Notes: a model not told the origin generated them from the letters alone. A stretch of 64,000 bases of DNA from Candidatus Gottesmanbacteria bacterium (GCA_030679255.1 JAUXTO010000019.1:1699-65698); one strand, 5' to 3'; positions 38,921 through 49,530 are shown, numbered from the stretch's first letter. A program made the numbers and translations.

Positions 38921-39999
38921 GATTTTGTCTGGATAGTTCCGAGTACTGCAAGAAGAGCCTCATAGCTTGCCCCGCGTACATCGATCCATTTCGCGTTGAT
39001 CGACTGGGCAAGACCATTGTCATCATCGCTGTTGCCCAAGACGACCACCTTGTCAAATTCAGTCATTTTTTTACCAAGCGAAAAGAGCGCGTCGGTCACC
39101 ATGGCCGGAGAAGGTTTACGCTTCGTCGTCTTTTTGACAAAGGATGTTTTCCAGGCGATCTCAGGGTGGGATCCTACAAACTCGGCATCCACATCCGGAC
39201 AATACTGCCAAGAGTCGATTTTAATTCCCTGTTTTTTGAGTAAATCATTGACTGCCTCATTAACCTCATCCACTTTTTTCTCATCAAAGTATCCCCGCGC
39301 GACACCGGATTGATTGCTGACGACTATCTTCGTTGTTTTATATTTCGTCTGCATGTAGGAGAGGAAGCTCACAACCGGCATGTTAAGGGTAATTTTTTTC
39401 TTCCAATCTTCTGTTCGGCCTAAAAAATCGTCGTTTGTGATGAGCGTTCCGTCGCGGTCAAGAACAACCAATAATCGTTTTGAGGGGATCTTCTGTTGGA
39501 TATAATCGATGACTTCCGTCGTCGAAAGCTTCGGGTCATCGGTATAGGCCATTGTGCCGCCAACGGCTTTTATTGCTTCACGCTCACTGGTAATCCCCGG
39601 CGTTTGTTTGCCGATAAAATCCGGACCTTTCATATACATCGAGGGCTTGAGCGCGTTGATCACGTCTACGCCGAGTTTAACGTCCGTAACAACAACGTAA
39701 TCTACCATCCGCAGATTGGCAATCATGTACGCGCGTAATGTATCAGGAAATATCGGCCGCCCCGCGCCTTTCCGGCCCTCTACAAACCGGTCGCTCGTCA
39801 CAGAAACGACAAGTACGTCGCAGAGTTTTTTAGCCGACTCAAAGTGTTTGACGTGGCCGGGATGCAGAAGATCAAATCCCCCGTGGCAAAGCCCGACCGT
39901 TTTCCCCTCCTGACGAAGCCGACGGATGACCGATGCTGCGGCGGCAAGCGAAATAATTTTCCCGGACGTATATATTTTTGTCGATGAGATCTGCATCAT
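38917..39999 (-). CDS. Fused cytidylyl/adenylyltransferase (HldE domain II) and GmhB-like HAD phosphatase
   Basis: GGFDLLHPGH, KGPD, LSTT, then LDRDGTL, SNQSG, RKPSPAM. Confidence 0.88.
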   Translation of the reverse strand: MMQISSTKIYTSGKIISLAAAASVIRRLRQEGKTVGLCHGGFDLLHPGHVKHFESAKKLCDVLVVSVTSDRFVEGRKGAGRPIFPDTLRAYMIANLRMVDYVVVTDVKLGVDVINALKPSMYMKGPDFIGKQTPGITSEREAIKAVGGTMAYTDDPKLSTTEVIDYIQQKIPSKRLLVVLDRDGTLITNDDFLGRTEDWKKKITLNMPVVSFLSYMQTKYKTTKIVVSNQSGVARGYFDEKKVDEVNEAVNDLLKKQGIKIDSWQYCPDVDAEFVGSHPEIAWKTSFVKKTTKRKPSPAMVTDALFSLGKKMTEFDKVVVLGNSDDDNGLAQSINAKWIDVRGASYEALLAVLGTIQTKS

Positions 40000-40022
40000 A
40001 AATTTATCATGGTACGCCCTGA

Positions 40023-42296
40023 TCATACCCGCTTTTTCATCCAAATCAAACAGCCAAGAAGGGTCATGAGACTCACAAAGATTCCCATGATAAATACCGT
40101 TGGCCGGTAAACCATGACCATGGTGTGTTTCCCTTTGGGAATGACGACCGTCCGGAACGCAAGGTTGCCTTCAATGAGTTTCGCCGGTTTCCCGTCAATG
40201 GTAGCCTGCCAGCCCGGATACATCACCTCACTGGTTGCGAGCATGGCGTTACACGGCGTATCGGTCTTCAAAATTATTTTGTTCATGGAATAGGACGCGA
40301 CCGTAACCGGCGGGAGCGGTTGACTACCGCAATTGAACGCAACATCAGAGGGAACATCCTTTTGTTGCACTAAAACGACTTTTCCCGGATCATGCTCCCC
40401 TGCCCGGATGGCACGGGCAATGGACGGGCGATCAGGGAGTCCAACAATCTGTGAAGCAAGAAAAAATCTGGGTAACACGGTGGTGTTTTCATACAGACGG
40501 AAATAATCTTTTTTGTTTTCCTCCATAACTAATTTATACTTCGGCGAAGATCCGGCAACCGAGTCAAACCAGGACGGGACAAAAATATATTTGACGTTGA
40601 GAAAATCCACATACCGCGAAGACGGTTTTAAATACGGAATCTGTACATCAGTTTGCTGGACGTCCGGGTTTTCGACCCCTGCAACGGCGGCCCCAAATTC
40701 ATAGTAGTTGCGCAGGATAGCCGGGTCATACCCCGATGCACTGTAGAGCCGATAACCCATCGCAGCGTCAAAATCCAGGGCATCGCGCGTCCCCATGCCG
40801 ACGTTAAAGTTGGGAAGAATCCGCGCCATCCCCAAATTCTTTTGAAGGTAGCTCACTAATTCTTGATTATGCCGCGTCGCCGGATCGGGCCGCAGGACAA
40901 CAAAGTTTTTTGCAAACCAGAGCATATCAACAGTGATAAACAATGAAATTATGAAAACAGCTAGCTTCGCAAGGCCAGGCCTTGCGAAGCTAAGATTCTT
41001 CAAATAATTCAAGCCGATGCCGGCGAGGGCGCTCATGCCGAAGACAAAGAGAATAAGATGGCGGGAAGGGATTCGGAGATATTTATATATTGGAACGGTG
41101 TCCCAGAGAATTTTATTGAGGTCGATGGGCGCGTTCCAGCCGAGGGAAACCCACAGGCCGAAGATTGCAATACACACCATTGCACCGCCAAATACTAATA
41201 CTTGGCGGTCGTGAGTGAACAATTTCGTGACGGGGTTACTTCGTTTAATAATCATTTGAAGGACATGAATGACGAATGCAATGATAGAAATCAATGCAAG
41301 CAATAGTCCCCCCTTGCCCATATATGCCGCCATTTCGCCGAAATTGGGACTTGGACCTTTATAACTCCATGGGAATCCGAGGACAAACGGATCAATAAGT
41401 TGCTTGAGATTGCCGATCGTATACGATCCAAACACTGCCCATGAGTAGGGCAATGGATAGGTCCGGATGCTTGCGCGAAAAAATTCCTGACCGGGAAGAA
41501 TCTGGATAGCTGATAAGCCAAGCCCGATAATTACCGAGAGTCCTGCATATAAAAAAGGTTTCACACTTCTTGCATTGATGCATTGACCCACGGACACCAT
41601 GCCGACGGCAATGACGGTCATCATCGCCATCGTCTGATACCCCGCCAAAATCTGCATGGCAAATACTATCCCGGCAATAACGCAATTTGTTTTCCATTTG
41701 ACATTTGACTTTTGACATTTGACATTTGCCCATACCACCCACGGCATCCAGGAGGCCGAAAGGATAAGCTCTATATGCCCTTCCCAAATCCGCCCCATAA
41801 AAAAGCCGGAAAGGCCAAAGACTAATCCTGCGATCCAGGGACCAATAGGATGGAGGACATAAGACATAGGACGTAGGATAGAACTGTTTTTGATTCCATT
41901 GGAAATTGGTAATTGGTCATTGGTCATTACACTTCTGATCAGGATGTACATCCCCAGCATCGCCCAAAAGATGTGCAGCGGAATGATCCATGAGTAGACG
42001 AAGCGGTATGGCATCAGGGCAAAGAGCCAATTGACGGGATACCAAAATGCGAGCGACGGGTTAGCGATCAACGGCTCGCCGGAAAACAGGTACGGATTCC
42101 ACCACGGAAACTCCCCACGGGCAAGAGCGTCACCAAATAATTGCCGGAAAAAATGATACGACCGATGGATGTCATCGCCAAATACGAGCGTCCCCGGCGC
42201 AGGCCACAGGATAGGCCAAAAAACAAAGAGCACGATGGCGAGATAAAAAATGGCAGCGACAATGTACGGATTTTTCAGTACTCTCACGATTCTCAT
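40023..42296 (-). CDS. YfhO-family membrane protein
   Basis: Paralogue of 36686-38920; palindrome at 40962-40992. Confidence 0.88.
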   Translation of the reverse strand: MRIVRVLKNPYIVAAIFYLAIVLFVFWPILWPAPGTLVFGDDIHRSYHFFRQLFGDALARGEFPWWNPYLFSGEPLIANPSLAFWYPVNWLFALMPYRFVYSWIIPLHIFWAMLGMYILIRSVMTNDQLPISNGIKNSSILRPMSYVLHPIGPWIAGLVFGLSGFFMGRIWEGHIELILSASWMPWVVWANVKCQKSNVKWKTNCVIAGIVFAMQILAGYQTMAMMTVIAVGMVSVGQCINARSVKPFLYAGLSVIIGLGLSAIQILPGQEFFRASIRTYPLPYSWAVFGSYTIGNLKQLIDPFVLGFPWSYKGPSPNFGEMAAYMGKGGLLLALISIIAFVIHVLQMIIKRSNPVTKLFTHDRQVLVFGGAMVCIAIFGLWVSLGWNAPIDLNKILWDTVPIYKYLRIPSRHLILFVFGMSALAGIGLNYLKNLSFARPGLAKLAVFIISLFITVDMLWFAKNFVVLRPDPATRHNQELVSYLQKNLGMARILPNFNVGMGTRDALDFDAAMGYRLYSASGYDPAILRNYYEFGAAVAGVENPDVQQTDVQIPYLKPSSRYVDFLNVKYIFVPSWFDSVAGSSPKYKLVMEENKKDYFRLYENTTVLPRFFLASQIVGLPDRPSIARAIRAGEHDPGKVVLVQQKDVPSDVAFNCGSQPLPPVTVASYSMNKIILKTDTPCNAMLATSEVMYPGWQATIDGKPAKLIEGNLAFRTVVIPKGKHTMVMVYRPTVFIMGIFVSLMTLLGCLIWMKKRV
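40962..40992. repeat. 12-5-12 palindrome (intragenic)
   Basis: tagcttcgcaaggccaggccttgcgaagcta, read as SFARPGLAKL. Confidence 0.9.
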
Positions 42297-42390
42297 TGTA
42301 TCGCCCAGTTCTCCTTTTGCAACAGAGAATGAACAACGCGCGAGATCTTGCTATTGTCAATAGAAACAAAACGCTCTATTCTTGTGTCCA

Positions 42391-43179
42391 ATGTTTACCG
42401 TAACTCCACGGACCATCACCGTGCGCAACGCATCGCTTACCTATGCCGCTATCCCCTGGGATTGCCAGTATCTGGACAATACCACCATACAGATCAAGAA
42501 GTTTACGTTCACGACCAAACAGGAAGCCAAACATCTTCTGTTTACGATTACGAAACAACTAAAACTTGCTAAAGGCGATCTGCTGTTTCTCAAAACTTCC
42601 CCGCTTGATATCAAACATTTACATATCCTTACTTCCTTGGGCTTTTACGTTATTGAGGAAGCCGTTGAGATTTCCTTTGACCTTTCCGACTGGAATCCAA
42701 ACGCATTTTCTCAACATGCCATGCGGGGGTATCGACTCGTTAGCGCGACAAAGTCGCATCTCCCGTCCATCAAAAAAATTGCAGGATCAGCCTTCACGCA
42801 TGACCGGTATCATCTGGATCCAAATATTCCGGCGCGTGGGGCGAATAAGCGGTTCATCGGATGGGTAGAAACGAGCATGAAGAGCACTGACGAAGTGTTT
42901 GCGTTTGTTGATGCCAACAGTGTTGTTATCGGATTTTTTATCATCGCGAAAAACCCGGATGGTACAAACCTTCGCCTTGCGGCAATTGATCCATCGCTCG
43001 TGGGAAAAGGATTAGGGAAACTTCTGTACTATTCGATGTTTTCTATTCTAAAAAAACGCGGCGACACATCCATACAAACACAGATATCGCTCAATAACAC
43101 AGCGGTACTTAACGTCTACACCTATCTCGTCCACCCGAAGGTTACCCGCGTGGAAATGGTGTTACACTTTATCGTATGA
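42391..43179 (+). CDS. GNAT acetyltransferase (WecD/RffC-like)
   Basis: 'IPWD', 'F.HDRYHLDP', 'GKGLGK', 'N.AVLNVY'. Confidence 0.8.
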   Translation: MFTVTPRTITVRNASLTYAAIPWDCQYLDNTTIQIKKFTFTTKQEAKHLLFTITKQLKLAKGDLLFLKTSPLDIKHLHILTSLGFYVIEEAVEISFDLSDWNPNAFSQHAMRGYRLVSATKSHLPSIKKIAGSAFTHDRYHLDPNIPARGANKRFIGWVETSMKSTDEVFAFVDANSVVIGFFIIAKNPDGTNLRLAAIDPSLVGKGLGKLLYYSMFSILKKRGDTSIQTQISLNNTAVLNVYTYLVHPKVTRVEMVLHFIV

Positions 43180-43916
43180 AACGAATTTCATTCGTCATCC
43201 CTCTCTATAATGCCGCCGCGTCCGTGCGGGAACTGACCACGAGGATCCTATCCCCTTCGATCCCGGGAAATAAAGAAATTATTTATACGAACGACGGCTC
43301 GACGGATGACACTGACCGCATCGTCCGAGCTTTAGCTACCAAAAACAAATCCATCATATATATCCAACTGGCTGGAAACTTTGGCCAGCATAATGCAATT
43401 CTCACCGGACTCAAATTTGCACGGGGAAACATTGTGGTTTGTTTAGACGATGATCTGCAAACGCCGCCGGAGGAAGCAGTCATTTTGCTTGATGCATTGA
43501 CCGATCGGGATGTCGACGTCGTGTATGGACAGTATGAAACCAATGAAGATCCGGTCCGCAGGATCGGTACGAGACTTCATAACCTGATGGCGCAGGTATT
43601 CGGGAAGCCCAAAGACGTGACGCTGACGAGCTTCTTTTGTATGACGAAATCTGTAGCCCACACAGTAAGCCAATACAAAGGAACGCTTGTATACCTCCCT
43701 GGGCTCGTCTTCCGTGCGACAAAAAAAATAACCTCCGTCCCCGTTCGTCACGTTCCCCGCAAATACGGCCGCTCCGGGTATACCTTTTTGGGTTTATTGA
43801 AATTGTGGCTGATCGGAGTCTTGGTGTACCTGCGTTTAGCAGATATATTTACGTACGGGAAAGCGACGACGGTTGCGGACTCGGTCAACGCACGCGTCAC
43901 ATCCAACCACCGTTAA
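43176..43916 (+). CDS. GT2 (ArnC/GtrB-like) glycosyltransferase
   Basis: VIPLYN, NDGSTD, NFGQHNA, LDDDLQTPPE. Confidence 0.9.
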   Translation: MKRISFVIPLYNAAASVRELTTRILSPSIPGNKEIIYTNDGSTDDTDRIVRALATKNKSIIYIQLAGNFGQHNAILTGLKFARGNIVVCLDDDLQTPPEEAVILLDALTDRDVDVVYGQYETNEDPVRRIGTRLHNLMAQVFGKPKDVTLTSFFCMTKSVAHTVSQYKGTLVYLPGLVFRATKKITSVPVRHVPRKYGRSGYTFLGLLKLWLIGVLVYLRLADIFTYGKATTVADSVNARVTSNHR

Positions 43917-44637
43917 TGGGGATGGCCGCGCCCGTGATATAGCCGGCTTGGGGGCTTGCCAGATAGACGGCGAGACTGGCAATTTCTTCCGGCTGGGCTT
44001 TGCGTCCCAGCGGAATTTGTTTGATCATTGTTTCCATATAAGAAGTTGGAACGTCTTTAAGAATTTCTGTATCGACAAGTCCCGGGCAAATGGCATTGAC
44101 GGTAATGCCAAAGCGCGCCACTTCTTTGGCTAACGACTTTGTAAATCCAATAAGGGCCGCTTTGGACGCACTATAGTTCGTTTGCCCGAAATCTCCCCGC
44201 TGCCCGCTTATAGAAGAAAGGAAAATAATCCTCCCCCACCCGGAGGCAATCATGCCGGGAAGTAATTGTTTGGTGACAAAGAATGCACCATACACATTGG
44301 TTTTCATGACGATATCCCAATCCTCTCCACTCATCTTGGTAAATAAAACATTACGGACGATCCCCGCGTTGTTGACGAGAATATCGATATGACCGAATTG
44401 GGAAATAACTTTTGCGCATCCGCGGGCCACTGCGTTGGGATCGGTGATGTCAAAATACACCGCGTTGCTTTTGGGTGATAAACGTTTTATCTGCCTAAGG
44501 ACATCCTTGCTCTCCGGCGACGGATGTGATGCATGGGTGACAACGATATTCCCCTCCCGAGCAAATCCCAACGCTATCGCCCGCCCAATGCCACGGGACG
44601 AGCCGGTGACGAACACAATTTTTTCTTTTGTTTTCAT
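43897..44637 (-). CDS. FabG-like classical SDR reductase
   Basis: TGSSRGIG, NNAGI, YSASK, NAICPG, INGG. Confidence 0.9.
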   Translation of the reverse strand: MKTKEKIVFVTGSSRGIGRAIALGFAREGNIVVTHASHPSPESKDVLRQIKRLSPKSNAVYFDITDPNAVARGCAKVISQFGHIDILVNNAGIVRNVLFTKMSGEDWDIVMKTNVYGAFFVTKQLLPGMIASGWGRIIFLSSISGQRGDFGQTNYSASKAALIGFTKSLAKEVARFGITVNAICPGLVDTEILKDVPTSYMETMIKQIPLGRKAQPEEIASLAVYLASPQAGYITGAAIPINGGWM

Positions 44638-46775
44638 AGAGAGGTGCGGATATCATAAGACTTCTTCCATAAAAATACCATGATACCCGCGGTAATGAAC
44701 GAGATGACTCCCCCGATGACGAAAATCCTGGGATTGTACCGATAGATGACGGTGTGGTTTCCTGCGGGGACAAAAAGTGCTCGGAATGCATTGTTTGCCT
44801 TGATTATCTCTACCTTTTGTTCATCGATAAATCCTTCCCATCCGGGGTAATATACTTCGGAACTCATGAGTGTTGCCCCAGTGGTGGACTGGGTTGACAG
44901 GATGATTTCGTTGGGTGAATATTTTACGATATTCACCTTCCCCTCTTTATGATCGGCAAAATAGAACCTTGGGAAGACCGTGGTATTTTCATACAATCTA
45001 TAATCACGAGCCACATCTTCGCGGATGAGACGGAATCTCGGGTCTTTCGTACCAAAAAGTGGATCGTACGCGCGCGGGTGGAGAATATATTTGATGTTGA
45101 GGAAATCCGTGGCTTTGGAAAATATATTCAAGTACGGAATCTGCACATCATGATCGAGAATACTCGGCGTCGTCTTGCCATTGGACGCATCAATAAATGC
45201 ATAATACGGTTTTAGTATCATCGTGTCGTAGCCGGTCGCATTAAAAACACCGTACTGCATCCCCGCGTCGAAATCAAAACTATCCCGGGGTGGTGCCCAC
45301 GCGCCGAAGTTAGTAAGAACTCTATACGGATCGCGGTTTTGTTTAAGAATCTTAATAAGGTCAACGTCGTGGCGCGTCTCGGGAACGGGCTTGAGGGTGA
45401 TGAAGTGATGGGAGTAAAAAATCATTTCCGCCGCGATGAGTACTCCCGCGATTCTCACAATGTGCTGAGAGCGGATTGCGTGAATGGACATCCCAATAAG
45501 TCCGCTGAGCCCAAAGGCAACGAGGATGAGATGGCGCGGAGGAATACGAAGGAATTTATACGTGGGGACAAGCTTCCAGAGGATATATTGCAAGTCAATG
45601 GGGGCGTTGGGACCCATGGATACCCAGAGACCAAAGAAGGCGATACAACCGAACGCGAGTATCATAGGTGACTTAGGTATCTTAAGTACCCTCGGTAACC
45701 GAAACAATAAAACTGCCAGAACAACGAGCAACCCCACTCGTCCCACAAAAAACGCATGTTCGGCAAAATTGGGTGGCGGGCCGCTATAGGTGAGTTGATC
45801 CCCAAAGAAAAATGGGTTAAAAAATTGCCCTAAACTCCTCCACTCAAACGATCCGTATGCAATCCAGGAATACGGAAGAGCGTATGTCCTTATGGTTTGA
45901 CGAAAAAACTCCTGTTGAGGGAGAAGGACCACCGCAAAAAGTCCGATAGCCAGAAGCACGCTCAAGGCGATACTCGCAATGACGATCACTATCCTCTTCA
46001 TACTTGCCCGTTGAGAAATAAACGTGATCGCTGCCATGATCCCCACTGCCTCGAGCGTCAACATAGCCATCGTCTGATACCCGGCAAACAACTGCATGGC
46101 CAAGACTACCGCAGCGATAACAATCCTCCGCCGCTCCTGGTATTTTTGTGTGTATTCTTCCAGTTTTGAATTTTTAGTTTTGAGTTTTGAGATTGCGCCA
46201 AAGGCGCATACCACCCACGGCATCCACGAGGCCGCAGCAATCACATCCACATGCCCGGCCCAGATGCGGGCGGCAAAGAAGCCGGAGAGACCGAAAACGA
46301 GACCGGCGATCCACGGACCAATAGGATGGAGGACATAGGACATAGGACATAAGATAGAGAAATTGCTCTTTTCATTGGATAATTTGATTATTGGATTATT
46401 GGATAATTCCCTGCGAAGCAGGGTATACATCCCCGTCATCGCCCACAGGAGGTGTAGGGCGATATGCCACGAATACGCAATATTGAGGGGCAAAAGTACG
46501 AAAAGCCAATTCGGTGGATACAACATGTTGACGATCGGATGGGCTATAAACGGAGTCCCTGCGAAGTTGTAGGGATTCCACCACGGCCAGACGCCTTGAG
46601 CCAAAAAGTTGTTGAAAAATTGCCGGTAAAAATAATACGCCCGGTGGATATCGTCGCCCCAGATCATCTCCGTGGCTCCAGGAATGAGCGCGCGGCCAAA
46701 CACCACCGCGACCGCCAGCGCGTAGAACGCGATCGGCACACCATACGGCCACACCCTACGGAAAAACGATCTCAT
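44634..46775 (-). CDS. YfhO-family membrane protein
   Basis: Third paralogue; start at ATG 46775 (ATGA overlap). Confidence 0.88.
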   Translation of the reverse strand: MRSFFRRVWPYGVPIAFYALAVAVVFGRALIPGATEMIWGDDIHRAYYFYRQFFNNFLAQGVWPWWNPYNFAGTPFIAHPIVNMLYPPNWLFVLLPLNIAYSWHIALHLLWAMTGMYTLLRRELSNNPIIKLSNEKSNFSILCPMSYVLHPIGPWIAGLVFGLSGFFAARIWAGHVDVIAAASWMPWVVCAFGAISKLKTKNSKLEEYTQKYQERRRIVIAAVVLAMQLFAGYQTMAMLTLEAVGIMAAITFISQRASMKRIVIVIASIALSVLLAIGLFAVVLLPQQEFFRQTIRTYALPYSWIAYGSFEWRSLGQFFNPFFFGDQLTYSGPPPNFAEHAFFVGRVGLLVVLAVLLFRLPRVLKIPKSPMILAFGCIAFFGLWVSMGPNAPIDLQYILWKLVPTYKFLRIPPRHLILVAFGLSGLIGMSIHAIRSQHIVRIAGVLIAAEMIFYSHHFITLKPVPETRHDVDLIKILKQNRDPYRVLTNFGAWAPPRDSFDFDAGMQYGVFNATGYDTMILKPYYAFIDASNGKTTPSILDHDVQIPYLNIFSKATDFLNIKYILHPRAYDPLFGTKDPRFRLIREDVARDYRLYENTTVFPRFYFADHKEGKVNIVKYSPNEIILSTQSTTGATLMSSEVYYPGWEGFIDEQKVEIIKANNAFRALFVPAGNHTVIYRYNPRIFVIGGVISFITAGIMVFLWKKSYDIRTSL

Positions 46776-47527
46776 ACGCCTACCTTCGTCGCGTACACCA
46801 CGAGGGTTGCGCCTCTCGGGAACGGACACCAAAGAAAAAACAACTGTTCCAACCGTAACAAATAATACAACATAGCATTGACCAAAGGATGTGGGACACG
46901 CAAATACATGGGGACGACCGGGACAGACGTCTGGCGCTTGGTGTACATCCTGAAAAGGATATACCACGGCAGGGAAAACACGTTCCAATAATTCATATAG
47001 TGCACATGAAATCCGGCAGTACGGAGTTTTTCCCTGAGCTCACCCGGCTCATATCTCCTCTTATGCCCGCCAATGTCATCCAGACTACTCCAAAGCCACT
47101 TCCCTGCTGGTACGGTCAAGAGAAACGTACCGTCTTTTTCCAACATGTCCCAACACCGTCGTAAAAATAAACGGTCGCGCGTTTGATGTTCAAGGACATC
47201 AAATGCCCCGACCCCGCTAAATTTTTGTTTGCTCTGAAATGTATAGAGGGACTGACGGACAAACCGGGCAGCAGGACAACTGTTTTTTGCATAGGTGAGC
47301 GCTGCCTCATTGACATCCAAGCCCACGACACGATATCCCAGATTGTCTAACACGCGCAGCATGATGCCGGTCCCACATCCTACTTCAAGGAATGACCGGC
47401 GATCATTTTTTGGAATGAACCGTTCAATAAGTCCAGCAAGCATGGAGCCACGCGCACGGAACCAGAAATGCTCGTTCTCGACTTGGGCTACCTCCCTATA
47501 GTGCGATATATGATACGTTGCGGACAT
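46772..47527 (-). CDS. Class I SAM-dependent methyltransferase
   Basis: E..HFWF..R, LEVGCGTG, DVLEH, TVPA...W...D...H.RRY. Confidence 0.9.
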   Translation of the reverse strand: MSATYHISHYREVAQVENEHFWFRARGSMLAGLIERFIPKNDRRSFLEVGCGTGIMLRVLDNLGYRVVGLDVNEAALTYAKNSCPAARFVRQSLYTFQSKQKFSGVGAFDVLEHQTRDRLFLRRCWDMLEKDGTFLLTVPAGKWLWSSLDDIGGHKRRYEPGELREKLRTAGFHVHYMNYWNVFSLPWYILFRMYTKRQTSVPVVPMYLRVPHPLVNAMLYYLLRLEQLFFLWCPFPRGATLVVYATKVGV

Positions 47528-47541
47528 AATCCAAGAGCTGG

Positions 47542-49530
47542 TTATAGCGATCGGTATACCGTCACAAAGGAATTCTTATACACCTCTGTGAGGAACGGAT
47601 AGATTTTGACAAGACCCCCTACTCCCCTTGCCTCGCCGCCCCGCTTCGCCGAATCGAGGCGAGCAGGCGGGCCATCCTCTTTCTCCTGCGGACCGAAAAA
47701 TATCCAATGAAGATTTTCGCGGGTCATCCATGCTTTGGCGTCATCCGGTTTCATCCGGCCGGAAAAAAACTCTTTGACTTTTACTTCTTTTGCTTCAGCG
47801 TCGACCGTGTTGGCGTGCCCCACATAGACCGTATTGCCGGCATAGACCGGGATATAGTTGCCCGCGGTCGTCTCAGAAAGAATAATTGTTTTGCGGCTGG
47901 GCGTCGCGTCCTGGATATAACGGATAGCGGCAATGAAATCTTTCAGCGGATACATGACGTAGCTCCCCGTCGGCACGAGCGGGTAAGTCGCCCGCATCTT
48001 GTGATCGATGAAGTCCTTTTGCCAGAGGAATGAGGAAGACATCACCCCGAAACCCACACCTATCAATATCGTAATCAATATACACACCATTAAGCGCAGC
48101 ATACTCCTGAGGAAAATTCCAAATGATCCAAACATTTGGTATTTGGTGCTTGATGCTTGGTGCTTGTTTGGTATTTGGTGCTTGATGCTTGGTGCTTGTT
48201 GATAATTCCAATGAAATGCAAACCAACAGAGATACGCCGTCAGGACCCCCAGCGGGACGTGCGGGATCATTTCGCTAAAGCGAAGGGGCGACTGGGCCGG
48301 GATAAATTTGAAAATAAAAAGGAGAAGCGCCCACGCGAGGACCCAAGCCGCGGCAGGCCACATCCTGCGGTCTCTCATTTTTAGCGCGACCAGAAGTCCG
48401 ATGATCCCCAAGGGAAGAATGGGCCCGACTGCCTTCAAGTATTCGATGTAATCAAACGGCAGGGGCTTCACGATGTCAAACTCGACGAGCCGCTTCCATG
48501 GATAAAACGAGGTCATGAGGGAGAGATAGATGAGAGAAGGAAGACCCAAAATCAAGACTACCACCCTTCCTGTCATCCTCGGGCTTGACCCGAGGATCCA
48601 GTTTCTTAAAAGCGAGATTCCAGCTCGGAGGCCGGAACGACAAAAATATGCCCAGCTTCGCAAGGCCTGGCCTTGCGAAGCTAACAATTTTAGATTATAT
48701 GATAGTTCAAGGCATGTTAGGGCGCCAATGGTGACAATAATAAACAATAAGCCCGGAGGGAATATGATGCCTTCGGCGAATGCGATCACTCCGAGAAATA
48801 CCCAATTGCCCGGCTTTTTCATGGTCGCCTCATCGGAGAGGGCCATAATCAAAAATATAATCAGTGCTTGCCCCACGAGAAGATGCGGGATGAAGGTGAT
48901 GCGCTGCAGACTGTCCATGACGGACCACCACGGCATGTAGCCGCCGAAACGCCAGTTGGTGATATTGGCAATCGTTGCGGGGACGACTTGATTGTTAATG
49001 ACAGCAACAATCTTGGGCCAGGTGGAGGCGGTGACAGCAAGGAGAAAGGCAAGAATCGGGACGTAGGACGTAGGATCTAGGACGTAGGGAAAAAATGCAA
49101 GACGTTCCGATTTATTCTTATGTCCTATGTCATCACTCATACGTCCTTGTTCAAACGTTTTCTTACAAAACTGGACGATCATGACGAGGAGAAATCCTCC
49201 GAAGACGATGCGCGCGACGTGGTAGACGTCCGAAGCCCGATGCCAGGGCACACGAACCCACGCCCCAAGCCACCCCAGGAAAAGATAAAAAATGTGGATG
49301 AATGATCCCTGATGCGGCTCGCTCGTGTATTGCTCGCGGACCACGACATTTCCCTCTATCCCCTGCCGGATACGGGAGAGATAAAAATTAAAGTCCGTCG
49401 GAAAATTATGGATGAGTTCGAATTCACGGTTAGATTGCAGACGGTTGCTATGGGCAATCTCATACGCCGCCGGGGCGAGGGAGCCAAGAAGAAACAAAAT
49501 AATAAGGAAACCAAATACTTTATCTCTCAT
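47542..49530 (-). CDS. Polytopic membrane protein, GT-C-like, with several repeat insertions
   Basis: 'DFNFYLSRIRQG...YTSEP', 'FIPH', 'GH'. Start placed 7 nt after TAGAAT. Confidence 0.8.
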   Translation of the reverse strand: MRDKVFGFLIILFLLGSLAPAAYEIAHSNRLQSNREFELIHNFPTDFNFYLSRIRQGIEGNVVVREQYTSEPHQGSFIHIFYLFLGWLGAWVRVPWHRASDVYHVARIVFGGFLLVMIVQFCKKTFEQGRMSDDIGHKNKSERLAFFPYVLDPTSYVPILAFLLAVTASTWPKIVAVINNQVVPATIANITNWRFGGYMPWWSVMDSLQRITFIPHLLVGQALIIFLIMALSDEATMKKPGNWVFLGVIAFAEGIIFPPGLLFIIVTIGALTCLELSYNLKLLASQGQALRSWAYFCRSGLRAGISLLRNWILGSSPRMTGRVVVLILGLPSLIYLSLMTSFYPWKRLVEFDIVKPLPFDYIEYLKAVGPILPLGIIGLLVALKMRDRRMWPAAAWVLAWALLLFIFKFIPAQSPLRFSEMIPHVPLGVLTAYLCWFAFHWNYQQAPSIKHQIPNKHQASSTKYQMFGSFGIFLRSMLRLMVCILITILIGVGFGVMSSSFLWQKDFIDHKMRATYPLVPTGSYVMYPLKDFIAAIRYIQDATPSRKTIILSETTAGNYIPVYAGNTVYVGHANTVDAEAKEVKVKEFFSGRMKPDDAKAWMTRENLHWIFFGPQEKEDGPPARLDSAKRGGEARGVGGLVKIYPFLTEVYKNSFVTVYRSL
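48654..48683. repeat. 12-5-12 palindrome (intragenic)
   Basis: Read on the minus strand as LASQGQALRS; abuts an RPE-like element at 48571-48642. Confidence 0.9.
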
